In this document: positions 51,217 to 61,280 of the stretch, piece after piece
Numbering within the stretch: position 1 is the first letter of the stretch
Layout: each line of letters begins with the position of its first letter
Source of the DNA: Lachnospiraceae bacterium
Lineage (GTDB): Bacteria; Bacillota; Clostridia; Lachnospirales; Lachnospiraceae
DNA length: 64,000 nucleotides
NCBI GenBank assembly: GCA_051880395.1
Contig: JBJENW010000108.1
Span: 3,677 to 67,676, forward strand
Direction: 5' to 3'
Translations under genes and position numbers: made by a program
The notes under the pieces: model-generated
What the model saw: the letters and a program-made list of their open reading frames with translations, nothing else
What the model was told of the DNA's origin: nothing
Database searches by the model: none

Positions 51217-51263
51217 CAAAAAAGGCGTCCGCTTTGGAAACTTTTTTCTCCTCCGTCGGACGC
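51217..51263 (-). terminator. possible terminator of the parE-parC-HAD-CPBP transcription unit
   Basis: A 7-bp GC stem GCGTCCG/CGGACGC is followed by a T6 run on the minus strand, but the loop is long (25 nt). Confidence 0.35.
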
Positions 51264-51353
51264 TTTTCTGTCATTATTTTAAAATTGTTTTTGAATTGTT
51301 TCGAAAAATAGTGGTCAAATTCTTTCCCTTTTTATAGAAAAAAAGAATTCCTT

Positions 51354-52148
51354 TCATAATTTCTTTTTATGGAATGTTTCTAAAATGCCGATGCATGCAG
51401 CAGCAACCAACGCCATTCCCAAAAGGAATCCCACATGTTGCACCGTATTCTGCTCGATTGCACGCAGACAGTCCGTTTCTGTCCGAAGCACAGAGAACAG
51501 ATTGGCCGCCATATGTCCAAGCAGCGCTCCATACAAGTGTCCGGTCTGCTCCATAAAATATGCCAAAAACAGTCCAAACAGGAACGCATACAAAAATTGT
51601 ACAAAATTCATATGCATGATTCCGAAGATCAAAGCAGACACGATTGCCGCCACGATTCTCCCGTACCAGCTCTTTAACCGCTGATAGACGATACCACGGT
51701 ACAATAGTTCCTCCGCAAGCGGCGCCAGCACACAGGTTCCCGTCACTTCCCAGAAAAGGGTTCCACCGTAAAATTTATCTGCCGTCTGCTGGTATGAACG
51801 CGACTTCTCCAAAAGACCGCTCATAGCGATCACATCATTCCAGACAATCGAAAGACAGACAGCAGCCACAATGATCAATGCCGCCCGCAAAAGTCCTTGT
51901 GCGCAAAACAGCTCACGCACCTTTTCATTTCGGATTTCCGGCAACTGACTGCACACAATATCCTGCCGATAAATGCCATATAAGATCGGCAGAGTCAGGC
52001 ATGTCGCGATCGACTGCAGGATCATATAATTTTTGTCCGTATAAGGGATAAATGTCGCCAGCGCCAGCATCCACAGATTGCTCGCCAGAAAATATACGGC
52101 AACCGGAAAAACAATGTTCCAGACTTTCCACCCTCTAATCCGCCGCAA
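51354..52148 (-). CDS. CPBP-family intramembrane glutamic endopeptidase
   Basis: Polytopic protein with EELLYRG and FGIMH motifs. Confidence 0.85.
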   Translation of the reverse strand: MRRIRGWKVWNIVFPVAVYFLASNLWMLALATFIPYTDKNYMILQSIATCLTLPILYGIYRQDIVCSQLPEIRNEKVRELFCAQGLLRAALIIVAAVCLSIVWNDVIAMSGLLEKSRSYQQTADKFYGGTLFWEVTGTCVLAPLAEELLYRGIVYQRLKSWYGRIVAAIVSALIFGIMHMNFVQFLYAFLFGLFLAYFMEQTGHLYGALLGHMAANLFSVLRTETDCLRAIEQNTVQHVGFLLGMALVAAACIGILETFHKKKL

Positions 52149-52785
52149 GATACGCCTCCACTTCTTTTAAAGAATCAAATACTTTATCCGCGCCGGCAGA
52201 AAGCATCTCTTCTCTGGTTCCAAAACCATAGGTAATGCCGATACAGGATACACCTGCTTCCTTTGCCCCCTCAGCATCAAACCTGGTATCTCCGATCAAT
52301 ACCGCTTCCTCTTTTTTTGCAGAAAATCGATGCAGGGATTCGATCAAAACCTTCGCTTTCGTGTTGCGCCCTCCTTCAAAATCCGAACCCGTGATCACAG
52401 AAAACAGGTCCGTGATCTGATGGTAATCCAAAATCTTTTTGCAGAAAACCTCCGGTTTCGAAGATGCCAGGCCGATTGCATATCCAGCCTGTTTCAGACG
52501 CGTCAGAGACTCTTTCACCTCCGGATACAACTTACATTCAAATGCACCGATCGGGTTGTAGCGTTCCCGGTATTTTTTCACCAGAAAATCAATCGTCTCC
52601 TCATCGAATCCATAAAATTCACGGAACGAATAGTCCAGTGGTGGTCCGATAAACCGGCGCAGTTTTGCGTCATCCGGCTCCTCTTTTCCGATTGCTTCCA
52701 GCGCATAACGGATACAATTCATGATTCCTTCCTGCGAGTCGATAATGGTTCCATCGAGATCAAATAAGATCACACGTTTTTTCAT
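52135..52785 (-). CDS. HAD-superfamily phosphatase (phosphoglycolate-phosphatase-like)
   Basis: The sequence MKKRVILFDLDGTIIDS contains the FDLDGT motif, and GDTRFD lies further along. I set the start at this internal ATG. Confidence 0.8.
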   Translation of the reverse strand: MKKRVILFDLDGTIIDSQEGIMNCIRYALEAIGKEEPDDAKLRRFIGPPLDYSFREFYGFDEETIDFLVKKYRERYNPIGAFECKLYPEVKESLTRLKQAGYAIGLASSKPEVFCKKILDYHQITDLFSVITGSDFEGGRNTKAKVLIESLHRFSAKKEEAVLIGDTRFDAEGAKEAGVSCIGITYGFGTREEMLSAGADKVFDSLKEVEAYLAAD

Positions 52786-52810
52786 TTTACTTCCTTTCCA
52801 GGCGCAAACA

Positions 52811-55066
52811 TCACCGCTTGACGCCCTGTCCTGCACGTTTATTTACTTTCAGTCGATGCAATGCGATTTCGTTTTCCTCTCCGATCAATACAGTCTTCTC
52901 TTCATCCTCTGCCAAAAGATAAACCGCTTTCACCAGATCCTTTGTCTTTAATGTGATGCCCTTTACGCCGACGGCACCCTTTTTCTTTTCCGGTACTTCT
53001 TCCACTTCAAATCGTAAAAACATGGCTTTCTCTGTCTGAAGGACAACGGTCTTCGTCTCCTCCTGTATCGGCTCCACGGACAAAAGCATATCCCCTTCTG
53101 CCAGTTTCGTCGCGGCGACTGTCCGCTTTGATACATCAAACTCACTACCGTCCACCTGTTTCATCATACCCGATGCTGTGGTAAAAAGCAATTTTTTTCC
53201 GCAAATTTCCCGCAGACCGGAGAGAAAGACGATCGTCTCCTCACTGCTGTCGTACTTTCCAAAATTGTCGATCGGCTGGCCTTTATCGCGGAAACGCCCA
53301 TACGGAAGATCGAGTACTTTCACCAGATGCAGCTGCCCGGTATTCGTAAAAATACAGAGTTTATCCGTATTCATCAGATGCACGATATGTTTATTTTCCG
53401 CATCTGCGGCTTCCTGATTCCGCTCATATACCGCTTTGTCCACCGTCTTTACATAGCCGAAACGGTCCATCAAAAGCACAACCTCTGCCTCTTTGACCGT
53501 CTCTTCCTCGTAGACTGCCTCGGATGCGTTTTCTAATGCTGTTTTCCGCTCGGTCGCAAATTCCTTTTTCAGTTTATCCAGCTCTTTTATAATGACTTTT
53601 GCCATACTTGAACGATGCGCCAAAATATCCTGATACTGCTCGATATTTTTCAATGTCGTATCATGTTCTTTCTGCAAAGCCTCGATTTCTAACCCGATCA
53701 GTTTATATAACCGCATTTCTAAAATCGCAGTTGCCTGACGTTCCGTAAAATCAAGCATTGACGCCTGCTTTTCTGACGCTTTGGAGCGAAACTTGACCTT
53801 GCTTGTATCGCCGTGGATCAGACAGGCCTTCGCATCCTTGATATTTTTACTTCCACGCAAAATCTCAATGATCAGATCGATTACATCACAAGCCCGAATG
53901 AGACCCTCCTGAATCTCTTTTTTCTCCAGCTCTTTCTCTAACAGTGTCTGATATTTTCTAGTGGCAAGCTCATACTGAAAATTCACATGATGCCGAATGA
54001 TCGGTACCAGTCCCATCGTCTCCGGTTTTCCATCCGCAACTGCGAGCATATTGACACCGAACGTATCCTCCAAGCGTGTCTTTTTATATAATAAATTGAT
54101 GATATTTTGTGCATTTGCGCCTTTTTTCAACTCAATGACGATTCGAATCCCCTCTTTGGAAGACTGATTCGAAATATCCACAATGTCATTCGTTTTTTTC
54201 GTCTCCACCAGACTGTAAATATCGTTCAAGAATTTTCCAATATTTGCACCGATCATCGTATATGGAATCTCTGTGATCACAATCTGCTCTTTTCCGCCTT
54301 TTAACGGCTCTACCTCTACTTTTCCGCGCAGCTTGATCTTCCCAGTTCCCGTCGAATAAATCTGCAAAAGATCATCCTTATTTGCCACAATGCCTCCGGT
54401 CGGGAAATCTGGTCCTGGAATATACTGCATCATCTGCTCCGTATTGATATCCGGATTTTTCATGTACGCCTTAACACCCTCGATGACTTCCCCTAAATTG
54501 TGTGTCGGGATACTCGTCGCCATACCGACCGCGATTCCCTCCGCACCGTTTACCAAAAGATTCGGCACCTTGACCGGCAGCACCTCCGGTTCTTTCTCTG
54601 TCTCATCAAAATTTGGCACAAAATTGACCACATTTTTATCGAGGTCCGCAAGGTATGCCTCCTGCGTGATTTTCTGCAGCCGCGCTTCGGTATAACGCAT
54701 TGCAGCCGCGCCGTCCCCTTCTATCGAGCCGAAATTTCCATGTCCGTCTACAAGCGGCATCCCTTTTTTGAAGTCCTGTGCCATCACGACAAGTGCCTCA
54801 TAGATGGAACTGTCCCCATGTGGATGATACTTACCCATCGTATCTCCGACAATACGCGCACATTTTCGATACGGTCTGTCATAGCGGATTCCAAGTTCAT
54901 ACATATCATACAGCGTTCGCCGCTGTACCGGTTTCAGACCGTCCCGCACATCCGGAAGCGCACGCGATACAATGACACTCATCGCATAGTCGATATACGA
55001 TTTCTGCATCACTTCGGAGTATTCGGTCTGAATGATCTGTTCTCTTTCTTTACTTTCTGTACTCAT
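52811..55066 (-). CDS. parC: type IIA topoisomerase subunit A, topo IV ParC-like
   Basis: The catalytic-Tyr region AAAMRYTEARL is present. The protein is only 751 aa, and I saw no GyrA-box (QRRGGKG-like) at the start of the C-terminal domain. Confidence 0.7.
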   Translation of the reverse strand: MSTESKEREQIIQTEYSEVMQKSYIDYAMSVIVSRALPDVRDGLKPVQRRTLYDMYELGIRYDRPYRKCARIVGDTMGKYHPHGDSSIYEALVVMAQDFKKGMPLVDGHGNFGSIEGDGAAAMRYTEARLQKITQEAYLADLDKNVVNFVPNFDETEKEPEVLPVKVPNLLVNGAEGIAVGMATSIPTHNLGEVIEGVKAYMKNPDINTEQMMQYIPGPDFPTGGIVANKDDLLQIYSTGTGKIKLRGKVEVEPLKGGKEQIVITEIPYTMIGANIGKFLNDIYSLVETKKTNDIVDISNQSSKEGIRIVIELKKGANAQNIINLLYKKTRLEDTFGVNMLAVADGKPETMGLVPIIRHHVNFQYELATRKYQTLLEKELEKKEIQEGLIRACDVIDLIIEILRGSKNIKDAKACLIHGDTSKVKFRSKASEKQASMLDFTERQATAILEMRLYKLIGLEIEALQKEHDTTLKNIEQYQDILAHRSSMAKVIIKELDKLKKEFATERKTALENASEAVYEEETVKEAEVVLLMDRFGYVKTVDKAVYERNQEAADAENKHIVHLMNTDKLCIFTNTGQLHLVKVLDLPYGRFRDKGQPIDNFGKYDSSEETIVFLSGLREICGKKLLFTTASGMMKQVDGSEFDVSKRTVAATKLAEGDMLLSVEPIQEETKTVVLQTEKAMFLRFEVEEVPEKKKGAVGVKGITLKTKDLVKAVYLLAEDEEKTVLIGEENEIALHRLKVNKRAGQGVKR

Positions 55067-55095
55067 TTTTTATGATAAACGTCCTTTCTTTGCGT

Positions 55096-57018
55096 CTAAA
55101 TATCCAGTTCTGCATCCTGCGCATGCTGATAGATATATTGTTTTCGGGGCGGTACATCGTTTCCCATCAAAAGTTCTGTAATCTCCGATGCCTGAATGCC
55201 ATCCTCGATCTCCACCCGCTTCAAAATCCGTGTCTTTGGATCGAGTGTTGTCTCCCAGAGCTGCTCGGCATCCATCTCGCCCAAACCTTTATAGCGCTGC
55301 AGCGTAAAATTCCCGGTGTGGGTCTTTCGGTATTTTGCCAGTGCCTCATCATCGTAAAGATATTCCTCTTTCCCCTTTGACGGGATCGCTTTATACAAAG
55401 GCGGCATCGCGATATACACATGTCCCGCATAGATCAGCTCCGGCATAAATCGATAAAACAACGTCAGCAAAAGTGTTGAGATATGGGCACCATCGACATC
55501 GGCATCCGCCATGATGATGATCTTATCGTACCGGAGTTTGGAAATATCGAAATCATTTCCGTACCCCTCTGAAAAGCCACAGCCAAACGCGTTGATCATC
55601 GTCTTAATCTCGGCATTTGCCAGCACCTTATCAATACTTGCCTTTTCCACGTTTAATATTTTTCCGCGGATTGGCAAAATTGCCTGGAAATTTCGATCCC
55701 GCGCCGTCTTTGCCGAGCCTCCCGCGGAATCTCCCTCGACGATAAAAATCTCACAGATCGACGGATCACGGCTTTCACAATTTGCCAGTTTTCCGTTTGA
55801 ATCAAATGAGAATTTCTGTTTCGTCAAAAGATTTGTCTTCGCTTTTTCCTCTGTCTTTCGAATTTTCGCCGCTTTTTCCGCGCAGGAAATGACGGTTTTT
55901 AATGTTTCCAGATTTTTGTCAAAAAACAACTGTATCTCGTCTCCGGTCACCTTTCCGGTCGCGCGGGCCGCATCCTGATTGTCCAGTTTTGTCTTCGTCT
56001 GACCCTCAAAGCGTGGGTCCGGATGTTTTACAGAAATGACCGCTGTCATCCCGTTTCGCACATCGGCTCCAGTGAAATTTGTATCCTTTTCTTTTAAAAT
56101 TCCAAGTTCTCGCGCATACGAATTGATCACGGTAGTAAATGTCGTCTTAAACCCGGTCAGATGCGTTCCTCCCTCAGAATTATAGATATTGTTACAAAAT
56201 CCTAAAATATTTTCATGAAACTCGTTTGTATACTGAAATGCTGCCTCGACCGTTATACCTTCACTTTCCCCGGAAAAATAGATCACATCATGCAATGTCT
56301 CTGCATTCTTATTTAATTCACGCACAAACCCTTTGATGCCATCCTCCTCATGAAACGTGATCTCCTCCTTTTCCTCTCCGCGAAGATCCGTGTAATAGAT
56401 CGTAAGCCCCGGATTCAGATACGTGGTCTCGTGCAGACGACTTTTCACCTCGTCTTCTTTAAATCGTGTTTTTTCAAAAATCGTCGGGTCCGGCAAAAAA
56501 TTTATTTTGGTTCCCGTTTTTTTCGTCTTTCCGATGATCGGAAGCAACCCGTTTTCCAGTTCGACGACAGGTCTGCCCTGCTCATAGCGATCGTGATGAA
56601 CGGACCCGTCCTGACTGATCTGCACATCCATATAGCTGGAAAGCGCATTCACGACCGAAGAACCGACACCGTGCAATCCACCGCTCGTCTTATAAACGGA
56701 ATCATCGAATTTTCCTCCGGCATGCAGTGTAGAAAAGACCACGCGTGCCGCCGAAACGCCTTTCTGATGCATTCCGACCGGAATCCCTCGTCCGTTATCC
56801 TCCACGGTACAGGAACCATCCGCCTCCAGCGTCACCCAGATGGAATCGCAGGCACCCGCCAGATGCTCATCCACTGCATTGTCTACAATCTCATAAATTA
56901 AATGATTTAATCCTTTTCTCGATACACTGCCGATATACATGCCCGGGCGTTTCCGCACGGCCTCTAAGCCTTCGAGCACAGAGATACTGCTTGCATCGTA
57001 AGTCACTTGTTCTGCCAT
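55096..57018 (-). CDS. parE: type IIA topoisomerase subunit B, topo IV ParE-like
   Basis: LEGLEAVRKRPGMYIG, the Toprim motif EIFIVEGDSAGGSA, and PIRGKILNVEKA. It is paired with the ParC-like gene. Confidence 0.7.
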   Translation of the reverse strand: MAEQVTYDASSISVLEGLEAVRKRPGMYIGSVSRKGLNHLIYEIVDNAVDEHLAGACDSIWVTLEADGSCTVEDNGRGIPVGMHQKGVSAARVVFSTLHAGGKFDDSVYKTSGGLHGVGSSVVNALSSYMDVQISQDGSVHHDRYEQGRPVVELENGLLPIIGKTKKTGTKINFLPDPTIFEKTRFKEDEVKSRLHETTYLNPGLTIYYTDLRGEEKEEITFHEEDGIKGFVRELNKNAETLHDVIYFSGESEGITVEAAFQYTNEFHENILGFCNNIYNSEGGTHLTGFKTTFTTVINSYARELGILKEKDTNFTGADVRNGMTAVISVKHPDPRFEGQTKTKLDNQDAARATGKVTGDEIQLFFDKNLETLKTVISCAEKAAKIRKTEEKAKTNLLTKQKFSFDSNGKLANCESRDPSICEIFIVEGDSAGGSAKTARDRNFQAILPIRGKILNVEKASIDKVLANAEIKTMINAFGCGFSEGYGNDFDISKLRYDKIIIMADADVDGAHISTLLLTLFYRFMPELIYAGHVYIAMPPLYKAIPSKGKEEYLYDDEALAKYRKTHTGNFTLQRYKGLGEMDAEQLWETTLDPKTRILKRVEIEDGIQASEITELLMGNDVPPRKQYIYQHAQDAELDI

Positions 57019-57112
57019 TTTTATACCTGTTCACCGCTCTTTTTGTCTGCGGTTTTTCCTTTCTTTTCTCAAACATTACTCAGTATAGCATATTTCATTT
57101 GGAATTTCACGT

Positions 57113-57145
57113 AAAAAAACCAGCACACGAAATTTCGTGTGCCGG
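57113..57145 (-). terminator. intrinsic terminator of surface-protein gene 1
   Basis: Hairpin CCAGCACACGAAATTTCGTGTGCCGG, followed by T7 on the minus strand. Confidence 0.8.
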
Positions 57146-57167
57146 TCCATTGTTTTACCTCTGTAAA

Positions 57168-60100
57168 TTATTTTACTTTTACAGTCATTGTAACGGTTTT
57201 CTTTGTTCCGTTCTTCAAAGTTACTGTTGCCTTGATCTTTGCTGTTCCTGCTTTCTTTGCTTTGATCTTACCGGTTTTTGTAACGGTTGCAACAGTTGTT
57301 TTTGTAGATTTGTATGCAATCTTCTTAACATTTGCTTTGTCGAATTTCGAACCAAATGTCATCTGGATCGTCTTGTTTTTCTTTATACTTGCAGAAGTCT
57401 TCTTCAATGTAACCGTCTTTAAGACAGCTTTTTCCATTGCCTTGGTATCTGCTGCATTTAAGAGCTGGTACGTACCTTTGCCCTTTACAGTTGCGCTGAC
57501 ATTTCCGCTTGTAGATACTTTGTAGGATTTGTCATTGACCAGTGTTTTCTTTCCAGTCTTCGAATCTACTTTGACAATTGTCAGTTTTTTGCCTTTTTTC
57601 AGATCAGCAACATTTGCTTTCAATGTATATGCGGTCTTGCCATTTTTATCTGTGACCGTCTGGCTGATCTGTACGCTCTTTGTTCCAGCTGCTTCCTGCA
57701 CTTGTTTTGCTACCGTTGCAGAGATGGTTCCCTTTGTACCTTCTTTTGTGGTACTTCCCTGTTTCTTGATCGTTGCAGTTGCCGTTACTTTTCCTTTGGA
57801 ATCCGTCTTTACGCTGACAGTTGCAGTCGCATTCTTCTCTACATTCTTGATGACGGAGGTTTTCACTTTGGAAGTAACTTTTCCTTTGGTATTGGTATTT
57901 GTCACTGTCGTAACTGCTACCTGTTTTCCAGACTTATTCGTCGTGGTCGTCTTTGTTGTTTCCTTTGCAGAACCATTCGCCGCTGTTTCTACTTTTTTAG
58001 TAGAACCGTCTGCTTTCTTTTCTGTCACGATTGAAGAACCGTCTGCTTTTTCCTCTTTCTTTTCATAGGAGCCGTCCGGTTTCTCTACGGTTGCGATCGT
58101 GGTTCCATCTACCTTGGTTTCTATTTTTTTTGTCGTTCCATCTTTCTCAATTTCCGTATGGAGTGTGGAACCATCCAGATTTGTCTGATCCGTGACCGTT
58201 GTTCCGTCTTTTTCTGTCGATACCGTTCTGCTGCCATCCCCATTCGTTACGGTCTCGATCACCGTTCCGTCTACGTCGATTTCAGACTCGATTACCGTTC
58301 CATCTGTTCTGGTTTCCGTCTTATTGATGGAGCCGTCTAAGTAGGTGATTGTCTTGATGACTGTTCCATCCGTTTTTTCTTCCGTTACAACTTCTGTACC
58401 GTCTGCTCGTTTCTCCGTCGTTACGATCGTACCGTCTTCTTTTACCTCTGTCTTTTTATCCTCGCTCGGTGCCTGACTTGGTGCGGTACTCGGATTTGTA
58501 CTTGGCTGCGTGCTTGGTTCTACACTCGGTGTCGTACTCGGCTCGGTGCTTGGTTCAACACTTGGTGCGGTACTCGGCTCAGTGCTTGGTACGACACTTG
58601 GTTCCGTGCTTGGCTCGGTACTCGGTGCAACACTTGGTTCTACACTCGGTGTACTTGGGCCGGTGCTTGGTACGACACTTGGTTCCGTGCTTGGCTCGGT
58701 ACTTGGTGCAACACTTGGTTCTACACTCGGTGTACTTGGCTCGGTACTCGGTGCAACACTTGGTTCTACACTCGGTGTCGTACTTGGCTCAGTGCTCGGT
58801 GTTGAAGGTGTAACCGTTCCGCCACCACCGCCAGTTCCTGTACCACCGCCGGTACTTGGTCTCTGTTCCGGTACTACAGACACTTTACAAAAGACTCTCT
58901 TTGTTGTTCCGTCTTCTGCTTTATACTGTGCCTCAACAGCAGTTGTTCCTACCACTCTTGCTGTTACTGTTGCAGTATTTGCATCGCCCTTTGTCACGGT
59001 TGCAATCGACGGATTCAGTGAAATCCATGTGATCTCGCCTGTTGCTCCAGTTGCTCTAAGCACTGCTGTTCTATTCGGATTCAAGGAAACGTTTGTCCGA
59101 TTCAGTGTGAATACCTCGTTATTGCTTACAATAACTCGATAGCTATATGATGCATTTCCACATTCTGCAGTAATCGTTACTGTTCCAGGTGTAATACCCT
59201 CAATTTCTGCTGTTTTTCCCTGATTACTTACATTTGCAATGAATGGGTCTGCGGTTGTCCATTCGATCTTATCCGTTGCATTTTCCGGTGTTACAGTTGC
59301 TGTCAATGTAATCTTATCATCCACTGTAACTGCGGTTGGTCCAGAAATCGTAATGCCTGTCGATGCTTCTGACGGAACCGTCACTGTGCAGGTTGCTGTG
59401 TAGAAACCGGACTGTACCGTGATCTCTGCGGTTCCCGGTTCTACGCCTGTAACCGTTCCATCTTGATCTACTGTTGCAACATCTTCGTTGGATGAGAACC
59501 ATCTGACAGCATCTGGTGAACCTGCCGGATTTACCACTGCTACTAGTGGGGCTGTTGCTCCAATTTTCACCTCAGCTGTTTCCCTGTTCAGTGATACGCT
59601 TGTTGTAGAAGTACCTTCCGGTGCCGCTGTAGCAGATTTAAATTCATCCGAAATTGTTTCAATACCCGAAACCGTTGTAGCCGGATCCACATAAATTTTC
59701 GGACCGTTTGTTCCTCCTGTTACATGAAAAATATTCAGTGCATCTTCTTTTGCTGTTACCGTACCAAAAATATTGACAAATACGTTTTCAGATACTAAAA
59801 GATCCTCATCTGTATTTTCATTAAAATCATCTGTATCATAAACCACAATTCCGTAGGTTTCCTGTGCAACTACGGTTGCGTCTTTTTTAACATTCAACTG
59901 TGTTTTTTCTGTTGTGCCTTCTTTTCCACCCATGATGTCGATCATACCATTTGCATAGTCTGTCGTACTGGTGAAATATCCTGCCTGCAAAGTTACCGTT
60001 CCACCTTTTTCGATGTGGAACAGCTGATGTTTTCCACTTGCATCAATCGTTGGATGTGCAACGCTATCTTCTGCTGCTCCAATAATTTCAAGATCACTGT

Positions 60101-60404
60101 TACGAACCGTAAATGTGATATCACCAGAAATCGTCTTTCCATTCGTGATCAATTTTTTTGCACCAACCACAGTGATATCATCTGTTGCTGCGATATCAGC
60201 AGTCAGCTCTACCTCTGTGATCTTCGGATTCGTCAGTGCCGCCTGTAACTCTGCAAAATTCCCCACTTTCGTCGATGTTTCTGCCTGTGTACTGATTGTT
60301 GTCTCTTCTGCCCAGACTGGCAACGCACTGCCCGGCACGCTCCCCACTGCAATTGCCGATGCCATCATCAAGGCAAACAGTTTACAAATCTTTTTGTTCT
60401 TCAT
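57168..60404 (-). CDS. large secreted surface protein: unassigned N-terminal domain, Big_2-type Ig domains, Pro/Ser/Thr linker, DGT-repeat module, basic Ig-like C-terminus
   Basis: Signal peptide [25 protein letters not shown]. Several Big_2-like units are present (e.g. [21 protein letters not shown]). There is a [12 protein letters not shown] tandem array and about 16 repeats of roughly 11 aa containing DGT. I saw no LPXTG motif. Confidence 0.8.
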   Translation of the reverse strand: MKNKKICKLFALMMASAIAVGSVPGSALPVWAEETTISTQAETSTKVGNFAELQAALTNPKITEVELTADIAATDDITVVGAKKLITNGKTISGDITFTVRNSDLEIIGAAEDSVAHPTIDASGKHQLFHIEKGGTVTLQAGYFTSTTDYANGMIDIMGGKEGTTEKTQLNVKKDATVVAQETYGIVVYDTDDFNENTDEDLLVSENVFVNIFGTVTAKEDALNIFHVTGGTNGPKIYVDPATTVSGIETISDEFKSATAAPEGTSTTSVSLNRETAEVKIGATAPLVAVVNPAGSPDAVRWFSSNEDVATVDQDGTVTGVEPGTAEITVQSGFYTATCTVTVPSEASTGITISGPTAVTVDDKITLTATVTPENATDKIEWTTADPFIANVSNQGKTAEIEGITPGTVTITAECGNASYSYRVIVSNNEVFTLNRTNVSLNPNRTAVLRATGATGEITWISLNPSIATVTKGDANTATVTARVVGTTAVEAQYKAEDGTTKRVFCKVSVVPEQRPSTGGGTGTGGGGGTVTPSTPSTEPSTTPSVEPSVAPSTEPSTPSVEPSVAPSTEPSTEPSVVPSTGPSTPSVEPSVAPSTEPSTEPSVVPSTEPSTAPSVEPSTEPSTTPSVEPSTQPSTNPSTAPSQAPSEDKKTEVKEDGTIVTTEKRADGTEVVTEEKTDGTVIKTITYLDGSINKTETRTDGTVIESEIDVDGTVIETVTNGDGSRTVSTEKDGTTVTDQTNLDGSTLHTEIEKDGTTKKIETKVDGTTIATVEKPDGSYEKKEEKADGSSIVTEKKADGSTKKVETAANGSAKETTKTTTTNKSGKQVAVTTVTNTNTKGKVTSKVKTSVIKNVEKNATATVSVKTDSKGKVTATATIKKQGSTTKEGTKGTISATVAKQVQEAAGTKSVQISQTVTDKNGKTAYTLKANVADLKKGKKLTIVKVDSKTGKKTLVNDKSYKVSTSGNVSATVKGKGTYQLLNAADTKAMEKAVLKTVTLKKTSASIKKNKTIQMTFGSKFDKANVKKIAYKSTKTTVATVTKTGKIKAKKAGTAKIKATVTLKNGTKKTVTMTVKVK
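58461..58815 (-). repeat. in-frame tandem DNA repeat encoding the (P-S-T/V-E-P-S) linker
   Basis: Near-identical blocks of about 90 nt recur (GGTACGACACTTGGTTCCGTGCTTGGCTCGGTACT(C/T)GGTGCAACACTTGGTTCTACACTCGGTGTACTTGG). They translate as [26 protein letters not shown]. Confidence 0.85.
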
Positions 60405-60555
60405 AATTACATTCCCCTTTCATTCTGCTAGGACTAAGCTGGTTTACTAGTAGGTAAAATTTTCCTCTGTATATAACATCGAGCTTTTTTGCGAAAACCT
60501 TATAGTTATTTTTAATTTTTTTCAAAAAAAAAGCATATTTATAATTATGACAACT

Positions 60556-60592
60556 AAAAACAGGTAGGCAAGCGAATTTTCGCATGTCTACC
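60556..60592 (-). terminator. terminator after the RloB-like gene
   Basis: On the minus strand, GGTAGACATGCGAA-AA-TTCGCTTGCCTACC is followed by TGTTTTT, directly after the stop at 60599. Confidence 0.6.
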
Positions 60593-60598
60593 CATTCA

Positions 60599-61280
60599 CT
60601 AATCTAAATTTTTTTTTAATTCTTCCACTAATTTGTAAACCGTAGTGCCCGGATCATACTGTGAAGGTTTATATCCCCCTTTTTCAAACTGAGCCATTCT
60701 TCGTTTTGCATGCTTAATCGCTGTATCTACACCATCATACATATTTACCAAATCATATATATTCTCGTAGTTTTTTTTGGTATCTTCCATTGCCCAAATT
60801 AAATTTTTGAAATTCTGTATCCAATCTTTGATTCCACTGTGATCGATGTAATGCAACGTCGCTGTAATTAAAATGTAAATACAACCAATATTCAAACGCC
60901 TGATTACTCCATGCCACATGATACCCTTTCGCCTCAGCTGCTTGAATCGCCTGATCAAAATCGTCAAAATCATCTTTATCAAATACAAGCCATACATTTT
61001 GATAAATAATTTTCGCATCTTTTACAATCTGATCTGTTACCTCAAGTAATTTACTTGTGGAACATCCATGCCCTTGTATTTGAATCATCGGTTTTTCCAC
61101 AACATCCACGATTCCTCCTACTTTTTCAAGTATGAGTTTTTGCAATCCTTTAAAATACAAAGGTTCTGTACATGTTCCTTCTGTTACGATCAAAAATGAA
61201 TTGGCCTTCGGTGTTTTATATTCATATTTTCTTTGTTTTCTCGCTTGACGACGTTTTTTAAATAAATCATCTGTCCCCAT
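60599..61280 (-). pseudogene. RloB-like (AbiLii-like) gene interrupted by a 1-nt frameshift in an A8 tract
   Basis: One frame carries the N-terminal RloB motifs (FLIVTEGTCTEPLYF, VWLVFDKDDF, AWSNQAFEYWLYLHF). The C-terminal part (NYENIYDLV...DTAIKHAKRR...PGTTVYKLVEEL) continues in another frame. The switch is at CCAAAAAAAACTAC (60771-60778). Confidence 0.75.

Noticed and set aside
51217-51263. Possible extra member of the GCGGACG/GGAAAC repeat family (AAGGCGTCCGCTTTGGAAAC...CGGACGC).
   Set aside because: It shares only short words with the family ends, in a different arrangement, and looks like an ordinary terminator hairpin. I treat the resemblance as coincidental unless a profile search says otherwise.
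52811-57018. Calling these genes gyrB/gyrA.
   Set aside because: The A subunit is short (751 aa) and I could not find a GyrA-box at the start of its C-terminal domain. The genes are also not near the replication-origin genes that usually accompany gyrBA. I labelled them ParE/ParC-like with moderate confidence only.
58461-58815. A regularly spaced direct-repeat region that could be mistaken for a CRISPR-like array.
   Set aside because: The repeats are contiguous with no unique spacers. They are in frame inside a long ORF and encode a Pro/Ser/Thr linker. No cas genes are present.
58510-59142. 210-aa plus-strand ORF (LGSVLG repeats) and neighbouring plus-strand ORFs 57139-58068.
   Set aside because: They are antisense to the well-supported surface-protein CDS. 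Their periodic low-complexity sequence is the reverse-complement reading of the coding repeats.
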